NCBI GenBank assembly: GCA_009914755.4
Contig: CP086569.2
Span: forward strand, 15,200,001-15,264,000
Length of the DNA stretch: 64,000 nt
DNA from: the human T2T-CHM13v2.0 reference genome, Homo sapiens
Direction of reading: 5' to 3'
Positions within the stretch are counted from its first letter, which is position 1, and every line of letters begins with the position of its first letter. Below are positions 61,990-64,000 of this stretch, one piece after another. Position numbers and translations under genes: made by a program. Below the pieces are notes generated by a model. The model had not been told where the DNA came from. It ran no database searches and worked only from the letters and a program-made list of their open reading frames with translations.

Positions 61990-64000
61990 GGGATGACAAG
62001 TATTTTGTGGTGCAGTCCAATTTGGTCTGGTGTCTGGAATGAGACTGGGGCCTAATAAAAAGGAGCATCTATATAGGAGCTCAGATGGGCTATACTCTGT
62101 AGCATTCCGAGGACAGGCCGGAATTCTGAGAAGGGCAAGCGGTAAAGTATTGTCCAGTCCTTTTTAAGTTGTTGGCTGAGCTTGGTGAGGTGTGTTTTTA
62201 AAAGACCATCAGTCCATTCTACCTTTCCTGAAGAATGAGGACAGTAAGGGATATAAAGGTTTCAGTGAATACCAAGAGCCTGAAAAACTGCTTGGGTGAT
62301 TTGGCTAATATAGGCCAGTCCGTTATCAGACTGTGTAGAGGTTGGAAGGCCAAACCAAGGAATTCTGTCTGACAGAAGGGAAGAAATGACCGAGGTGGCC
62401 TTTTCAGATCTGTGGGAAATGCCTGTACCCATCCAATGAAAGTGTCTACCCAGATCAAGAGATAATTTAGTTTTCTGACTCAGGGCATGTGAGTAAAGTC
62501 AATTTGCCAGTCCTGGGCAGGGGCACATCCCTGAGCTTGATGTGTAGGGAAGTGGAATGTGGGGGGCCTGAACAATCCCTGAGGAGGAGGAGTAGAATAG
62601 CAGATGGAACACTGAGAAGTTATTTCCTTAAGGATAGATTTCCACAATGGAAAGGAAACGAGAGGTTCTAAAAGGCAGGCTAGTGGCTTGTATCCTACAT
62701 GGAAGAGGTTATGAAATGATGACAGAATAGAATGGGCCTGTGAGGCTGGAATCATTCTTGCTCCAAGAACCATTTGCCTTGTGTAGGAAGAGATTGGTAG
62801 TTGGAAGTTTCATTGGGGAGTAGGTGGGAGTGAACAATGAGAAGGAAAAAAACTGCTTTAGGGATAGAAGTTGGAATACTAGCTGCTTTTTAGCTACCTT
62901 ATCAGCATAAACATTGTGCTGAGTGATGGGACCTGATGCCTTTGGATGGCTGCTCTTTTAGCTACCTTATCAGCATAAGCATTGTTCTGAGCAATGGGAT
63001 GTGATGCCTTTTGATGGCCCTTGCAGTGAATGACTCCAGCTTCCTTCGGAAGTAAAGCAGCTTTGAGAAGCGTTTTTATTAAAGAGGCATTAATGATGGA
63101 GGACACTTGCATAGTGAGGAATTTTTTTTTCCCATATAACAGCTTTGTGGTGCAGGATATGGAAGGCATATTTAGAGTCAGTATAAATATTGATGCATAG
63201 TCCTTTTGCAAGAGCAAGGTCTCAAGTTAAGGCAATGAGTTCAGCTTGCTGAGAGGTAGTGTGGGTAGGTAACAGAAAGTAGATGCACCAGGTGTGAGGC
63301 AGGAAATAGATTTTGGAAGTTATTAGAACTGTAGAGAGTAGAGAGTGAGTTGAGCATAGTTTGTGATTTTGAGGGCCTCTATAAGTATTAAGGCAGTGGC
63401 AGCTGCAGCACACAGACATGAGGGCTAGGCTAAAAGAGTAAGGTTAAGTTGTTTAGATGAAAAGGATACAGGATGTGTTCACAGGTAGGAACTCTGGCTT
63501 GACTGAAGTAATGGGGACTGTCTGTGAAGCCTTGTGGCAGTACAGCCCAGGTAATTTGCTGAGCCTGATAGGTGTCAGTGTCAGTCCAAGTGAAAGTGAA
63601 GAGAAGCTGGGGTTAAGGGTGCAAACAAATAGTGAAGAAGGCATGTTTGAGATCCAGAACAGAATAATGGGTTGTGGAGGGAGGTATTGAGGATAGGAGA
63701 GTATATGGGTTTGGCACCATGGGGTGGGTAGGCAAAACAATTTGGTCGATAAGGAACAGATCCTGAAGTAACCTGTAAGGCTTGTCTGGTTTTAGGACGG
63801 GTAAAATGGGGGAATTGTAAGGAGAGTTTATAGGCTTTAAAAGGCCATGCTCTAACAGGATAGTGATAACAGGCTTTAATCCTTTTAAAGCATGCTGTGG
63901 GATGGGATATTGGCATTGAGTGGGGTAAGCCTGATTAGGTTTTCATGGGATGGTAAGGGGGTGCATCATCTATTGTCAAGAAGGACGTAGAGGTGTCCTA
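61990..64000 (-). mobile_element. Second class I ERV pol fragment A (RT, RNase H, and the N-terminal two-thirds of integrase), minus orientation. It continues beyond the window end and is joined head-to-tail to fragment B with no LTR between.
   Basis: The minus-strand ORFs read as follows. 63222-63419 holds the RNase H motif TSQQAELIALT. 62894-63217 holds LLKAALLPKEAGVIHCKGHQKASHPIAQNNAYADKVAKRAA, the RNase H C-terminus. 62480-62773 holds WQIDFTHMP and 62219-62458 holds IWVDTFIGWVQAFPT, the integrase core. The integrase C-terminal-like VEWTDGLLKTHLTKL at about 62180 precedes the switch into the gag CA of fragment B at about 61990. Confidence 0.7.

Larger units (their letters stand above)
57141..61990 (-). 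mobile_element. ERV9-like (class I) proviral fragment B, minus orientation: gag CA C-terminus plus NC, pro, RT, RNase H, IN, env, and about 50 bp of the 3' LTR start. The 5' LTR, leader and most of gag are absent.
   Basis: The minus-strand ORFs read as follows. 61656-61937 holds the CA stretch LRKYTPQSPNSLEGQLILKDKLITQSAADIRRKLQKLALGPEQNLEAFLNLATLVFYNRDQ. 60775-61032 holds the RT N-terminus VQIRLKDPTTFPYQRQYPLRPETHKGLQ. 58449-58919 holds integrase with the HHCC zinc motif ACEVCQ, WQLDFTHMP and YLLVCVDTLTNWIEAF. 57989-58456 holds env SU, FNYSLEWFLVDTKRFFLQCKNRTQNAPNTPFQPLTGATLASTLGVWEKENNKFTHLFNIHRQFYLPSQSIFFLYGTSTYICLPTNW, which is about 85 percent identical to the ERV9 copy at 19800-20150. 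The TM motifs LAAVTFQNCRGLDLLTAE and [16 protein letters not shown] are followed by the LTR start tgagaggtgaggccagctggatgtcctgggtc at 57191 reading downward. Confidence 0.8.

Overview
This window is primate, almost certainly human or great-ape, nuclear DNA, not a prokaryotic or viral replicon. The evidence is Alu SINEs, L1PA/L1M LINE fragments, MaLR (THE1/MST/MLT1) LTRs, an ERV9 provirus with LTR12 long terminal repeats, and a HERV-W (HERV17) provirus. All of these are catarrhine- or primate-specific. I could not support any host protein-coding exon, rRNA, tRNA or CRISPR array. Essentially every ORF in the six-frame track is a decayed retroelement reading frame (gag, pol, env, L1 ORF2) or a translation artefact of a low-complexity repeat. 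The region is a gene-poor landscape dominated by endogenous retroviruses, which make up roughly 20 kb of the 64 kb. The main ERV elements are: (1) an internally deleted ERV9 provirus on the + strand at 15743-22470, with two about 1.5-kb LTR12 LTRs and a 4-bp ACTG target-site duplication; (2) a full-length THE1 (MaLR) element at 22936-25620, carrying an Alu insertion, immediately downstream of it; (3) an internally deleted HERV-W provirus on the - strand at 47075-51875; (4) a composite block of ERV9-like gag-pro-pol-env plus a second upstream pol fragment on the - strand from 57141 to the window end. I see no novel biological system in the sense of an operon or defence island. The observations worth following up are structural. 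The 5' LTR of the ERV9 provirus retains more CpGs than the 3' LTR. The THE1 3' LTR carries a patch copied from the element's own internal region. A 128-bp direct duplication of about 97 percent identity brackets 1.4 kb next to a split Tigger-like transposon. The HERV-W provirus lacks matching target-site duplications. Two ERV pol regions are joined head-to-tail with no LTR between them. All coordinates are read by eye and are approximate to about 10 bp.
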